The notes under the pieces were generated by a model. That model made no database searches, was not told the DNA's origin, and saw only the letters and a program-made list of their open reading frames with translations. Both the position numbers and the translations under genes were made by a program. A DNA stretch of 41,560 bases from a candidate division WOR-3 bacterium (GTDB lineage: Bacteria > Hydrothermota > Tepidihabitantia > Tepidihabitantales > DTDR01). Where the stretch lies: contig JBDRVN010000009.1 of the NCBI GenBank assembly GCA_039801885.1, positions 1 through 41,560 of the forward strand, in the 5' to 3' direction. Shown here one piece after another: positions 1 through 9,145 of this stretch; position 1 is the first letter of the stretch, and the number at the start of each line of letters is the position of its first letter.

Positions 1-1
1 T

Positions 2-739
2 TTTAATAATTTTCTTTTAATTGAAATGTTTAAAAAAACTGGTTTTTGTGTTTCTAAAGAAACAACCCGTCCGGCTCTTACCGGTGTACTTTTGGAAATT
101 AGGGATAACGAACTTCGTTTTGTGGCTACTGATGGTTATCGACTATCTTTATATAAAAAAAGAATGGAAGAGGAAATTGGTAAAAATATTGCCTTAATCA
201 TTCCACCTACTGCCTTTGAATTGCTTTTGGAGGATGTGCGAGACGTTAAAATTTATTTTGATGATTCCCGAATTGGTTTTGAATATGATTTAGAAGAAGA
301 AAAATATTTATTTATCTCACGCTTAATTGAAGGACCCTATCCAGATTATGAAAAAGCGATACCACCAACAGAAAAAAATAGTTATGTTTTTGAAGTTAAT
401 GAATTTTTAAAAAGTTTAAAACGGATATCAATCTTTGCCCGTGCTGAAGATAAAACAAAAATGGTGATTTTGGATTTAAAAGAAGAAAAAGTGGAACTTT
501 TTACCGAATCACCAGAAGTAGGAAGAGGAGAAGAAGAGGTTGGTGGTAAATATATTGGCGAAGGAATGGAAATTGCCTTAAATGCGGTATATTTACAAGA
601 GATTCTCTCCCACATTGATAGTGACAGAGCCACCATTTATTTTACCTCTGCCACTTCAGCAATGAAAATTATTCCAGAAAAAATGGAAGAAGATGAAGAA
701 ATTTTATATCTTTTAATGCCGATTCATTATGAAAGGTAA
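2..739 (+). CDS. dnaN: DNA polymerase III beta sliding clamp (5'-partial)
   Basis: Motifs TRPALTGV, VATDGYRL, SRLIEGPYPDY, LNAVYL and C-terminal LLMP. The frame is open from the window edge (nt 2). Confidence 0.96.
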   Translation, partial: FNNFLLIEMFKKTGFCVSKETTRPALTGVLLEIRDNELRFVATDGYRLSLYKKRMEEEIGKNIALIIPPTAFELLLEDVRDVKIYFDDSRIGFEYDLEEEKYLFISRLIEGPYPDYEKAIPPTEKNSYVFEVNEFLKSLKRISIFARAEDKTKMVILDLKEEKVELFTESPEVGRGEEEVGGKYIGEGMEIALNAVYLQEILSHIDSDRATIYFTSATSAMKIIPEKMEEDEEILYLLMPIHYER

Positions 740-741
740 AT

Positions 742-1524
742 ATGAAAAATAAAAAAATCTTACTTTTAATTTTTTTAATTAATCTCTTCTTTTGTCAAAA
801 GAAAGAGGAAATTTATATTCAAGGGTGGATTTCTAAGATGGAATTTACTAAAGATAATGTGAAATATTATCGGGAGGTTGGTGTTTATAACTACCGAGGA
901 TTTAAAATGATTCCCAAAGTTTTTATGAACGATACTCTATTATCATTAATAAACGAACCTCTTACCTATGCCTTTTATGGAAATTATTCACCCTTTCTTA
1001 CTAATCGAAAGTATAAATTAAAAGTAGAACATCAAGACGGCATTGCCTTTTCCGAAGTTTATATGCCCAAAGATTTTGAAATCCTTTATCCTAAAGAAGA
1101 GACAATTATTGAGAAAAGTCAAGCACCTTTTAAGATCTTTTGGCAAAAAAGTGAAGGAGCAGAGTGGTACGAGGTGGAATTTAGTGTGGAATATGATTAT
1201 CTTTTACCCAATGGCGATGATGATGAATTTATCTTTTCTTTAGATACTGTTGTAAAAGATACCTATTTGATAATCGATGGTAAAAGAATCTTTCCCGATT
1301 ATATTGAGGAGATTTTAGATGGCGAGGGAAATATTACTATTTATTCCGGAACAGGTCCTGCTTTAAGACCCGGTGAAAAAGGAAATATTAAAGGTGCTGG
1401 TTATGGTTTCTTTAATGCTTTATATTCTCCTGAGGATCGAACATTTTATATCGAGATGCCGCCAAAATTAAAGAAAGAATTTTATAATAAACAAAAAATC
1501 TTAGAAAGATTTAGAAACCGATAG
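742..1524 (+). CDS. Hypothetical exported protein, probable lipoprotein
   Basis: MKNKK n-region, hydrophobic stretch, then LFFC-QKKEE. The mature part is beta-rich and I recognise no family. Confidence 0.7.
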   Translation: MKNKKILLLIFLINLFFCQKKEEIYIQGWISKMEFTKDNVKYYREVGVYNYRGFKMIPKVFMNDTLLSLINEPLTYAFYGNYSPFLTNRKYKLKVEHQDGIAFSEVYMPKDFEILYPKEETIIEKSQAPFKIFWQKSEGAEWYEVEFSVEYDYLLPNGDDDEFIFSLDTVVKDTYLIIDGKRIFPDYIEEILDGEGNITIYSGTGPALRPGEKGNIKGAGYGFFNALYSPEDRTFYIEMPPKLKKEFYNKQKILERFRNR

Positions 1525-1530
1525 AAATTT

Positions 1531-2844
1531 ATGAAAATTTTAGTTGTTGGTGGTGGCGGTAGAGAACATTCTTTGGTTTGGAAGTTAAAAAAATCACCCT
1601 TAGTAAAAGAGATATACTGTGCACCAGGAAACGGAGGAATTTCAGAAATTGCGGAGATTGTAAATATTTCTTCCGAATCTTTAACAGAGATTTCAAATTT
1701 CTGCCAAGATAAGAAGATTGATTTAGTAGTGGTTGGTCCGGAAATACCTTTATCTTTGGGAATTACTGATTTATTGGAAGAAAAAAAGATTAAAGTTTTT
1801 GGTCCGAATAGAAAAGCTTCTCTTTTAGAAGCAAGCAAAGGGTTCGCTAAAGAGTTTATGAAAAAATATGGAATACCAACTGCTGATTTTGCGGTTTTTG
1901 ACAAACTGAATATTAATAAGGCAAAAGATTATGCCCTTTCTTTATTAAAAGAAGATAATTTTTGTGTGATCAAAGCTGATGGTCTTTGTTTTGGTAAAGG
2001 TTCTTTTGTGGTGGATAATAAAGAAGAGGTTTTTAAAGTAATTGAAAATTTAATAGTTAAAGAAACATTGGGAAAGGCAGGCGAGAAAATTGTAATCGAA
2101 AGATACCTTTCTGGTTATGAGGCAAGTTTGATTGGTATTACTGATAGTGAAAAATTTTTACTTTTCTTTCCTTCTCAAGACCATAAAAGATTATTAGATA
2201 ATGACGAAGGACCAAATACCGGTGGAATGGGAGCTTATTCTCCTTTACCTTTTTTTACTAAGGATTTATTAAAAAAGGCTGAGAAAAGAATTTTTGAACG
2301 GGTACTTTTTGGCTTAAAAGAAGAAGGGATTGAATATTGCGGAATAATTTATGCTGGAGTAATGGTTAAAGATAAAGAAATTTTTGTATTAGAATTTAAT
2401 GTGCGATTTGGTGATCCTGAAACCCAAGTAATCTTACCATTATTAAAATCAGATTTATTAGAAAATATTTTATTGGCTAAAGAGAAAAAATTAGCAGAGG
2501 AAATGGAGTTTCATAATAAAAGCTGTCTCTGTGTGGTTTTAGCATCCAAGGGTTATCCTTATCAATATGAAAAAGGGAAAAAAATAAAATTGCCTAAAGA
2601 GATCGATGAAGAAAAGAATCTTATTTTCCATTCGGGAACACAAAAAAGAAATAGTGAATTATATACCAGTGGTGGACGAGTTTTATCCGTATGCGGAATT
2701 GGTAAAGATTTAAAAGAAGCAAGAGATAATGCTTATTCTTTAATAGAAAATGTTTATTTTGAAGGGATGCATTTTAGGAAGGATATTGGTAAAAAGGGAA
2801 TAGAATATTATGAAAAAAAGAATAAAACTTTTTCAACTATATGA
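1531..2844 (+). CDS. purD: Phosphoribosylamine-glycine ligase
   Basis: MKILVVGGGGREH, APGNGG, VVGPEIPL, QDHKRL..GPNTGGMGAY, EFNVRFGDPE, TSGGRVL. Confidence 0.98.
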   Translation: MKILVVGGGGREHSLVWKLKKSPLVKEIYCAPGNGGISEIAEIVNISSESLTEISNFCQDKKIDLVVVGPEIPLSLGITDLLEEKKIKVFGPNRKASLLEASKGFAKEFMKKYGIPTADFAVFDKLNINKAKDYALSLLKEDNFCVIKADGLCFGKGSFVVDNKEEVFKVIENLIVKETLGKAGEKIVIERYLSGYEASLIGITDSEKFLLFFPSQDHKRLLDNDEGPNTGGMGAYSPLPFFTKDLLKKAEKRIFERVLFGLKEEGIEYCGIIYAGVMVKDKEIFVLEFNVRFGDPETQVILPLLKSDLLENILLAKEKKLAEEMEFHNKSCLCVVLASKGYPYQYEKGKKIKLPKEIDEEKNLIFHSGTQKRNSELYTSGGRVLSVCGIGKDLKEARDNAYSLIENVYFEGMHFRKDIGKKGIEYYEKKNKTFSTI

Positions 2845-3730
2845 AAATTTTTTGCTTGGCAGTGAAGAAAAAGAAGTTTTATTAAATTTAATAGAAGAAT
2901 TAAATCTTACAAAATTGCCAATTATTAATCTTCTTGAAAAGTCTGATAAAGAAGAAATTCTTCCGATAAAACCTTTAATAATATTTTATAAAGATAAATA
3001 TTTTTTAAATATCGATGAAAAAGAGTATAAAACTTTAAGGGGATTATATCTTTTAGAATTTCGGGAAGAGGATTTTTTACTTACGGTAAAGGAACTTATT
3101 GATTTTTTAAAAAGAAAATACAAAATTGAAAAGAATTTTAAAGAATTGTTTGAAATAAAGAATTGGACCTATGTTGAGAAAAGAGAGGAAGAAATCTTTT
3201 TAATGAAACACGGTTTTTACTCTTTATATTTTTTAGAAAAGGAATTGGGAAAAAGAATAAAAATAAAAAAAGACTATTATTTTAATATTTTAATTGTTTG
3301 TACTGGTAATACTTGTCGTAGTCCGATGGCAAAAGGGATATTAGAAAACTATCTGAAAGATTATCCCGTTTTTATTTATTCAGCGGGTACACAAGCATTA
3401 AAAAATTCTCCTCCTTCCTCCTATGCCGAAAAGGCGTTAAGGGAGATAGGAATTGATATTAGTAATCATCGTAGTCAACAGGTAAATAAAAAAATGGTTT
3501 GGCAAGCAGATTTAATCTTATGTGCTGAAAAAAATCATATTTATTATTTAGAAAGTCTTTATCCGGAATTTAAAGATAAGATTTTTCTTATAAAAGGTTA
3601 TCCCGAAAGGAAAGGTGAAGACCTTTTAGACCCGATTGGTTTGGATTACGATGTTTTTTTAAAAGTAAGGGATGAATTGATCGGGGCTTTGAAGAAAGTG
3701 GAAAAGGATATTAAAGAAAGATTTAATTAG
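2810..3730 (+). CDS. Low-molecular-weight phosphatase (YwlE-like protein-arginine phosphatase) with ~155-aa N-terminal extension
   Basis: P-loop VCTGNTCRS, SAGT, GIDISNHRS and general acid in DPIG. Confidence 0.88.
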   Translation: MKKRIKLFQLYENFLLGSEEKEVLLNLIEELNLTKLPIINLLEKSDKEEILPIKPLIIFYKDKYFLNIDEKEYKTLRGLYLLEFREEDFLLTVKELIDFLKRKYKIEKNFKELFEIKNWTYVEKREEEIFLMKHGFYSLYFLEKELGKRIKIKKDYYFNILIVCTGNTCRSPMAKGILENYLKDYPVFIYSAGTQALKNSPPSSYAEKALREIGIDISNHRSQQVNKKMVWQADLILCAEKNHIYYLESLYPEFKDKIFLIKGYPERKGEDLLDPIGLDYDVFLKVRDELIGALKKVEKDIKERFN

Positions 3731-3739
3731 GAGGAATTT

Positions 3740-4897
3740 ATGGATATTTTTTTGAAGGAAGAACAAAGGATGATAAAAAATTTAACAAGAAAATTTGCTG
3801 AAGAGAAGATAAAACCTGTTAGACAAAAATTGGATGAGAAAGGTGAGTTTCCTTTTGAGATTTTAAAGGAGATGGCAAAATTGGATTTATTTCGGATTTA
3901 TATTCCCCAGGAATATGAAGGAATGGGTGGCGGAATTTTTGAGATGTGTTTGGTTGTTGAAGAGATATCCCGAATCTGCGGTGCGGTAGGTGTTTCTTAC
4001 GCTGCTTGTGGATTGGCAGCCTTTCCAATTATTATTGGAGGAAATGAAGAACAGAAAAGGAGGTATTTACCAAGATTTGCTGATGGGGCAATTGGTGCTT
4101 TCTGTTTAACTGAGGCAAATGCCGGAAGTGATGCCAGCAATGTGGAAACTACTGCAGTTAAAGATGGCGATTATTACATTTTGAATGGGACTAAACAGTT
4201 TATTACCAATGGTAGCGTAGCCGATATTTATGTAGTGGTTGCCTCTACTGATAGAAAGAAAGGTGCTCGGGGACTTTCTTGTTTTATTGTGGAAAAAGAT
4301 ACACCCGGACTTTCTTTTGGTAAAGAAGAGAATAAAATGGGGATAAGGGCATCTAAGACTACTGAAGTGGTCTTTACTGATTGTAAAGTCCCAAAGGAAA
4401 ATCTATTAGGAAAAGAGGGAATGGGTTTTATTATCACAATGAGAACTTTTGATAAAACAAGACCAGGTGTTGGTGCTCAGGCAGTAGGAATTGCTCAGGG
4501 AGCATTAGAAGAGGCAATTAATTATGCTAAACAGAGAAAGCAATTTGGTCAATTGATTGCTTCCTTCCAAGGAATTCAGTTTATGCTTGCCCAAATGGCA
4601 ACAAAAGTTGAGGCAGCAAGGCAACTTGTTTACTATGCGGCAAGGGTTTGTGATAGTGGTGCTAAAAATATTTCGGCAGTTTCTTCGATGGCAAAACTTT
4701 TTGCTTCGGATGTGGCAATGGAGGTAACAATAAATGCTGTCCAAATCTTTGGAGGCTATGGCTATATGAAAGATTATCCAGTAGAAAAGATGATGAGGGA
4801 TGCCAAAATTACCCAAATCTATGAAGGAACAAACCAGATCCAACAGCAGATTATTGCCTTAGAATTGATAAAAGGAACTTATCAGCCTACTCTTTGA
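3740..4897 (+). CDS. Acyl-CoA dehydrogenase (short-chain/butyryl-CoA type)
   Basis: AFCLTEANAGSD, LNGTKQFITNG, KMGIRAS, QRKQFG..I..FQ, QIFGGYGY and catalytic Glu in IYEGTNQIQ. Shine-Dalgarno (SD) AGGAGG upstream. Confidence 0.95.
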   Translation: MDIFLKEEQRMIKNLTRKFAEEKIKPVRQKLDEKGEFPFEILKEMAKLDLFRIYIPQEYEGMGGGIFEMCLVVEEISRICGAVGVSYAACGLAAFPIIIGGNEEQKRRYLPRFADGAIGAFCLTEANAGSDASNVETTAVKDGDYYILNGTKQFITNGSVADIYVVVASTDRKKGARGLSCFIVEKDTPGLSFGKEENKMGIRASKTTEVVFTDCKVPKENLLGKEGMGFIITMRTFDKTRPGVGAQAVGIAQGALEEAINYAKQRKQFGQLIASFQGIQFMLAQMATKVEAARQLVYYAARVCDSGAKNISAVSSMAKLFASDVAMEVTINAVQIFGGYGYMKDYPVEKMMRDAKITQIYEGTNQIQQQIIALELIKGTYQPTL

Positions 4898-4928
4898 GAT
4901 TAATTAATTTTTAAATAAAAAGAAAAAA

Positions 4929-6818
4929 ATGAAAAATAAAATATTAATATTATTTTTTATATTCAGTTTTGCCTTTGCTACTGAGAAACTTGTTGAAGTA
5001 AGAATTTTTAATCGTAATGATATATCAAGGATTTCTGAGCAAGATTTTACCATCGTAAACCGAAAAGATGATTTTCTTTACATTTTAACTAAGGAAAAAG
5101 GGGTTGAGAAATTGATAAGTTTAGGATACTCAATAAAAGTTATTTATGAAGACTATCAAAAGGAGATGGAAAAATTAAATCTGCAATATCCTTCTTTTCA
5201 AGAGGTTCTTGGGCAGTTAGATTCCTTAGCCCGCAGATTTCCGGAAATAACCAAGTTAGAAACATTAGGTTATAGTGGAAGTTATCCAATAGTTAGTATG
5301 AAAATAACTGATAACCCTTTGATAGAGGAAGAGGAGCCGGAAATAAAGATTACTGGTTGTCATCACGGAGACGAGAAGATTTCAACAGCGATTTGTTTAT
5401 ATTATGTTAAAAGATTATTAAATGAATATTATGAAAATCCTTTAATAAATTATCTTGTTAATAACCGAGAAATTTGGATTATTCCGATATTGAACTCGGA
5501 TGGTTATGTAAGAAATAGACGATATAACAATAATAATGTAGATTTAAACCGGGATTACGGTTATATGTGGGCGGGGAGTGGAAATAGTCCCTCTCCTTTA
5601 TCACAAAATGAGACAAAAATAATGAGGGAATTATCGGTTAACAATAATTTTTCTTTTTCTTACGACTATCATTCGGCTGCTTCTTATGTGAATTACTTAT
5701 GGGATTTTCATCCAAAAGACCCACCGGATTCTAATTATATTATTTACCTTTCCCAAAGATATGCTGATTCTACTTATGGTTCTTCTACAACCCGTTTGGT
5801 GCCGATTAATGGTTATAATTGGTATATGGTAAGGGGTTCTTCTCAGGATTATCTTTTTGGTGTTTTTGGAACATTATCTTGGACAATTGAAACCCGACAG
5901 CCAACGTCCCAAATACAAATAGATTCAATAAGTATAGCAAATTATCGGGCATTTATTGATGTTTTAAGGATTATGAAAAAGGGTATTATTGGTAAGGTTA
6001 TTGATTCAATTACGAATGAGCCAATACCGGCACTAATTACCTTTTATTCACCAAAGAGATGGCATATATATAATGACCAATATTTGGGTGATTTTTATAA
6101 ACCATTACCAGAAGGAAAGTATAATATGATAGTATATGCTTGTGGGTATTATCCAAAAATGATTGAAAATATAATAGTAAATCCGGATACTGCTACTGAG
6201 ATTTTAGTAAAACTTATCCCTAATGGGAATCCAATTGGTTTTGCTTATCGGGTGTATTATGTAAAAAGGACTACTGCGGACTCATTAAACCAGACTTTAA
6301 CAACCAATTGTTTAGGTTTATCCGATTCTTTATTTTATTCCTTATGTTTTGGTGGCGAAATAGTTTTAGAAGTAGATAAAAGAAAACCAATAAGGAACTT
6401 ATCAGGGGTTGATTTTGTGGTTTATGAGGGAGATGATGGAATTACTGAGAATTATGACTGTTATATTTCATTAGATTTAATAAACTGGCATTATTGTGGC
6501 AGAGGTTTAGGAACCCAAGGTTTTGATTTAAATAATACTCCTTTGGATAGTGCCTATTATATAAAGATAGTAGATGTTAATAACGGTTCTAATAATTTGC
6601 CTTATGCTGGTTTTGATTTGGATGCGATTATCTACTATATAAGTGAGGTAGGAATTTCTCAAAGGAATGTTAATAAAATGATAAATAATGATAAGTTTAG
6701 GATTTTCAATTACTTAGGTCAAAATATCGGTAATAGAGGAATAAAGGATTTGAAAAAAGGGGTTTATTTTATAAAAAATGGGGGAGAAATAAGGAAGATA
6801 GTAAAAATAAGGGGTTAA
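4929..6818 (+). CDS. Secreted M14 zinc carboxypeptidase with C-terminal beta domains and short T9SS-like sorting tail
   Basis: Signal peptide (AFA-TE), Zn motif HHGDE, NSDG, VDLNRDY, DYHS, TIE, and tail IFNYLGQ..LKKGVYFIK..KIVK. Confidence 0.88.
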   Translation: MKNKILILFFIFSFAFATEKLVEVRIFNRNDISRISEQDFTIVNRKDDFLYILTKEKGVEKLISLGYSIKVIYEDYQKEMEKLNLQYPSFQEVLGQLDSLARRFPEITKLETLGYSGSYPIVSMKITDNPLIEEEEPEIKITGCHHGDEKISTAICLYYVKRLLNEYYENPLINYLVNNREIWIIPILNSDGYVRNRRYNNNNVDLNRDYGYMWAGSGNSPSPLSQNETKIMRELSVNNNFSFSYDYHSAASYVNYLWDFHPKDPPDSNYIIYLSQRYADSTYGSSTTRLVPINGYNWYMVRGSSQDYLFGVFGTLSWTIETRQPTSQIQIDSISIANYRAFIDVLRIMKKGIIGKVIDSITNEPIPALITFYSPKRWHIYNDQYLGDFYKPLPEGKYNMIVYACGYYPKMIENIIVNPDTATEILVKLIPNGNPIGFAYRVYYVKRTTADSLNQTLTTNCLGLSDSLFYSLCFGGEIVLEVDKRKPIRNLSGVDFVVYEGDDGITENYDCYISLDLINWHYCGRGLGTQGFDLNNTPLDSAYYIKIVDVNNGSNNLPYAGFDLDAIIYYISEVGISQRNVNKMINNDKFRIFNYLGQNIGNRGIKDLKKGVYFIKNGGEIRKIVKIRG

Positions 6819-6836
6819 AACCATAGGTTTTTTTCT
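6819..6836 (+). terminator. Weak possible terminator hairpin after the carboxypeptidase gene
   Basis: AACC-ATA-GGTT followed by a T run. The stem is short and AT-rich. Confidence 0.25.
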
Positions 6837-6838
6837 AT

Positions 6839-6867
6839 TTGACTTTTCCTTATAATTTTCTTAAAAT
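6839..6867 (+). promoter_or_regulatory. Putative sigma70 promoter
   Basis: TTGACT-17 nt-TAAAAT, with AAGGGG SD before ATG 6894. Confidence 0.55.
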
Positions 6868-6893
6868 TTAAACAAGTTTAAAAGGGGTGGGCT

Positions 6894-7523
6894 ATGAGAT
6901 ATGTGTTAATTTTATTATTTTTGGTTTTGTTAATTCTTTTTTGCACTCCTTTAAGAGTAGAAAGGACTATTACACCACCTTTTACTATTAAACCTTTGCC
7001 AGAAACCCAATCTTTAAAGCAAGGTAGGTATCTTGGGAAATTTAAGGTCAGTTTCTATTGGATAGTAAAAGAGGAGGATTATAAAGGGAAAAGGAGTATT
7101 CCTTTGTATTTGGAAGATGGGAAACTTTTAGGTTATTTTCCGGCTGATTTTGTTAAAGACTTAAAAATGGAATCCTGCGCCCAATTAAAAGATGGTCGGA
7201 TTATTTCTTATTTAAAAAAGAGAAATCGGGTAAGGATTGTTGATAAACCATTGGGTTGTGGTTTTAAATTAACGCCATTAAAATCTATCGCCTGCGACCC
7301 CGAATTTATTAAATTAGGCTCTCTTTTATATATCCCTAATATATTTGGCTTAAAGATAAATTCTAATGAAACCCATAATGGTCTTTTTTATGCCCACGAT
7401 ATCGGCTCAGAGATAAAGGGAAGAAAAATAGATATATTTTTAGGTTATAAGGATAATCACCATAGTTTTAAATTAGCAGGAATAAAACACGGAACAGAGG
7501 TTGATGTCTATTTATTAGAATAG
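6894..7523 (+). CDS. 3D (MltA-like Asp-Asp-Asp) domain protein, probable lipoprotein / peptidoglycan lytic enzyme
   Basis: SIACDP..IKLGS, AHDIGSEIKGRKIDIF (three Asp). N-terminal hydrophobic segment ends in ILFC. Confidence 0.85.
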   Translation: MRYVLILLFLVLLILFCTPLRVERTITPPFTIKPLPETQSLKQGRYLGKFKVSFYWIVKEEDYKGKRSIPLYLEDGKLLGYFPADFVKDLKMESCAQLKDGRIISYLKKRNRVRIVDKPLGCGFKLTPLKSIACDPEFIKLGSLLYIPNIFGLKINSNETHNGLFYAHDIGSEIKGRKIDIFLGYKDNHHSFKLAGIKHGTEVDVYLLE

Positions 7524-8312
7524 TTATCTTATTTTTAATATATCAAAAGATATTGGAAAATAGATTCTTTCTAACGGTTTCTTTTGAAGATAGATTTTCT
7601 TTAAGAAATCCTGCCACCAGATTTCATACATATCTTTTAAGGTAATCACTTTAATATTTTTTTCTTTTAACTTCTCAATTAAAGTCTCAAAATCTTTTGC
7701 TGAATAATCGGTAAAATATTTTGGATCTTTTACTATCCGATGGAAAAGAAGGATAGAGTATTTGTTTTTATCAATATATTCTAATATTTCTTCCATCTTG
7801 GTATCTTTTCTTATCTCTTTTATCGGTAGATACCATTTCTTTAAAAGGAAATTTACTTCACCAAAATTAGTAGCCCTTGCCTGAAGATAGCCATTATTTA
7901 TTAATAAACTTATTATTCTTTTGTCATACTTTCCATAAGGATAGATAAAAGTAACAATTTCTCTGCCAAAAATTCCTTCTAATATCTTTTTGGATTCTTT
8001 AACTTCTCTTTCTATCTCATTATCGCTTAATTTTGTTAAATAACGATGGGTTAAGGAATGGGAGGCAATTTCAATATCTAAACTTTCTAACATCTCTTTT
8101 ATTTCGGGAATAGTAAGATAGCGATAATCGCTTTCGTTTTTTATTTTTCTATTTTTTAAATAACCAGCAATTAAACCCAGAGTAAAAGGAAAGTTATATT
8201 TTTTTAATAGGGGATAGACATTCTTATAAACCGAATAAAAGCCATCATCAAAGTTTATTGATACATATTTCTCATTTAATAGGATTATAAAAAGGAAAAG
8301 GTTAAATATCAA
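7524..8312 (-). CDS. Polysaccharide deacetylase (CE4/NodB-like)
   Basis: INFDDG, IASHSLTH, FIYPYG, LLFH. Start reassigned to TTG at 8312 (TTGA overlap with the upstream stop), giving a short hydrophobic N-terminus. Confidence 0.88.
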   Translation of the reverse strand: MIFNLFLFIILLNEKYVSINFDDGFYSVYKNVYPLLKKYNFPFTLGLIAGYLKNRKIKNESDYRYLTIPEIKEMLESLDIEIASHSLTHRYLTKLSDNEIEREVKESKKILEGIFGREIVTFIYPYGKYDKRIISLLINNGYLQARATNFGEVNFLLKKWYLPIKEIRKDTKMEEILEYIDKNKYSILLFHRIVKDPKYFTDYSAKDFETLIEKLKEKNIKVITLKDMYEIWWQDFLKKIYLQKKPLERIYFPISFDILKIR

Positions 8313-9139
8313 GGAAGAGTTGCCTTTTCTTTTAATCTTTCTAAATGAAAATAGGGTAGTTTTATTTCGCCAAGAAATAGTTTTCCTTTTCTTCCACCGT
8401 GACAATCAGAACCACCGGTAATTAAAAGGTTATATTTCTGAGCAATTTCTAAAAAGTAATTTATATGATATTCAGTATGATCAGGATGATAAACTTCAAT
8501 TCCCAAGATACCCAATTTTATTAAAGGAAATATTATCTTTTCAAAATCATAAGATACCGGATGCGCCAAAACGGATATACCTTTAAAATCTCTAATCATT
8601 TTTAATGCTTCTTCTGGACTTATCTCCATTTTTGGAACATAGGCAGGACAATGATAGCCGATAAATTTCATAAAGGCTTCTTCAATGGTTGAAACATAGC
8701 CTTGTTCCAATAGTGCTTGAGCAATATGCGGTCTGCCAACCGCTCCATCTTTCGCAATCTCTAAAACTCTTTTTATTTCAATCTTTATCCCCTGTTTTGA
8801 AAGATTACCGATTATTTTCTCTGCCCTTTCTATTCTTTTATCCTGAACCTTTTTTAGAAAAGAAATAAGTGAAGGGTTTTGGTAATCTAATAAATAACCT
8901 AAGATATGAATATCTTTATCTTCCATTAGGCAAGAGAATTCACAGGCAGGAATAACTTCTATTCCTAACTTTTCTCCTTCAACGGTTGCCCTTTCAATAC
9001 CAGCAACGGCATCGTGGTCAGCAATACCAATTGCTGAAAAGCCAAGTTCTTTTGCCTTTCTTACAACCTCTTCTGGCGAATAAAGTCCATCAGAAAAGAT
9101 TGTATGAATATGAAGGTCGCAATAACGATAATTTCCCAT
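8309..9139 (-). CDS. PHP-domain phosphoesterase (TrpH/YciV-like)
   Basis: DLHIHT..SDG, ADHD, HILGY, GRPHIA, LAHP, TGGSDCHG. Confidence 0.93.
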   Translation of the reverse strand: MGNYRYCDLHIHTIFSDGLYSPEEVVRKAKELGFSAIGIADHDAVAGIERATVEGEKLGIEVIPACEFSCLMEDKDIHILGYLLDYQNPSLISFLKKVQDKRIERAEKIIGNLSKQGIKIEIKRVLEIAKDGAVGRPHIAQALLEQGYVSTIEEAFMKFIGYHCPAYVPKMEISPEEALKMIRDFKGISVLAHPVSYDFEKIIFPLIKLGILGIEVYHPDHTEYHINYFLEIAQKYNLLITGGSDCHGGRKGKLFLGEIKLPYFHLERLKEKATLP

Positions 9140-9145
9140 TAAAAT

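Noticed and set aside
8313-8405. Extended basic N-terminus of the deacetylase in the ORF track
   Set aside because: It overlaps the conserved GSDCHG region of the PHP gene by ~97 nt; TTG 8312 is more plausible.
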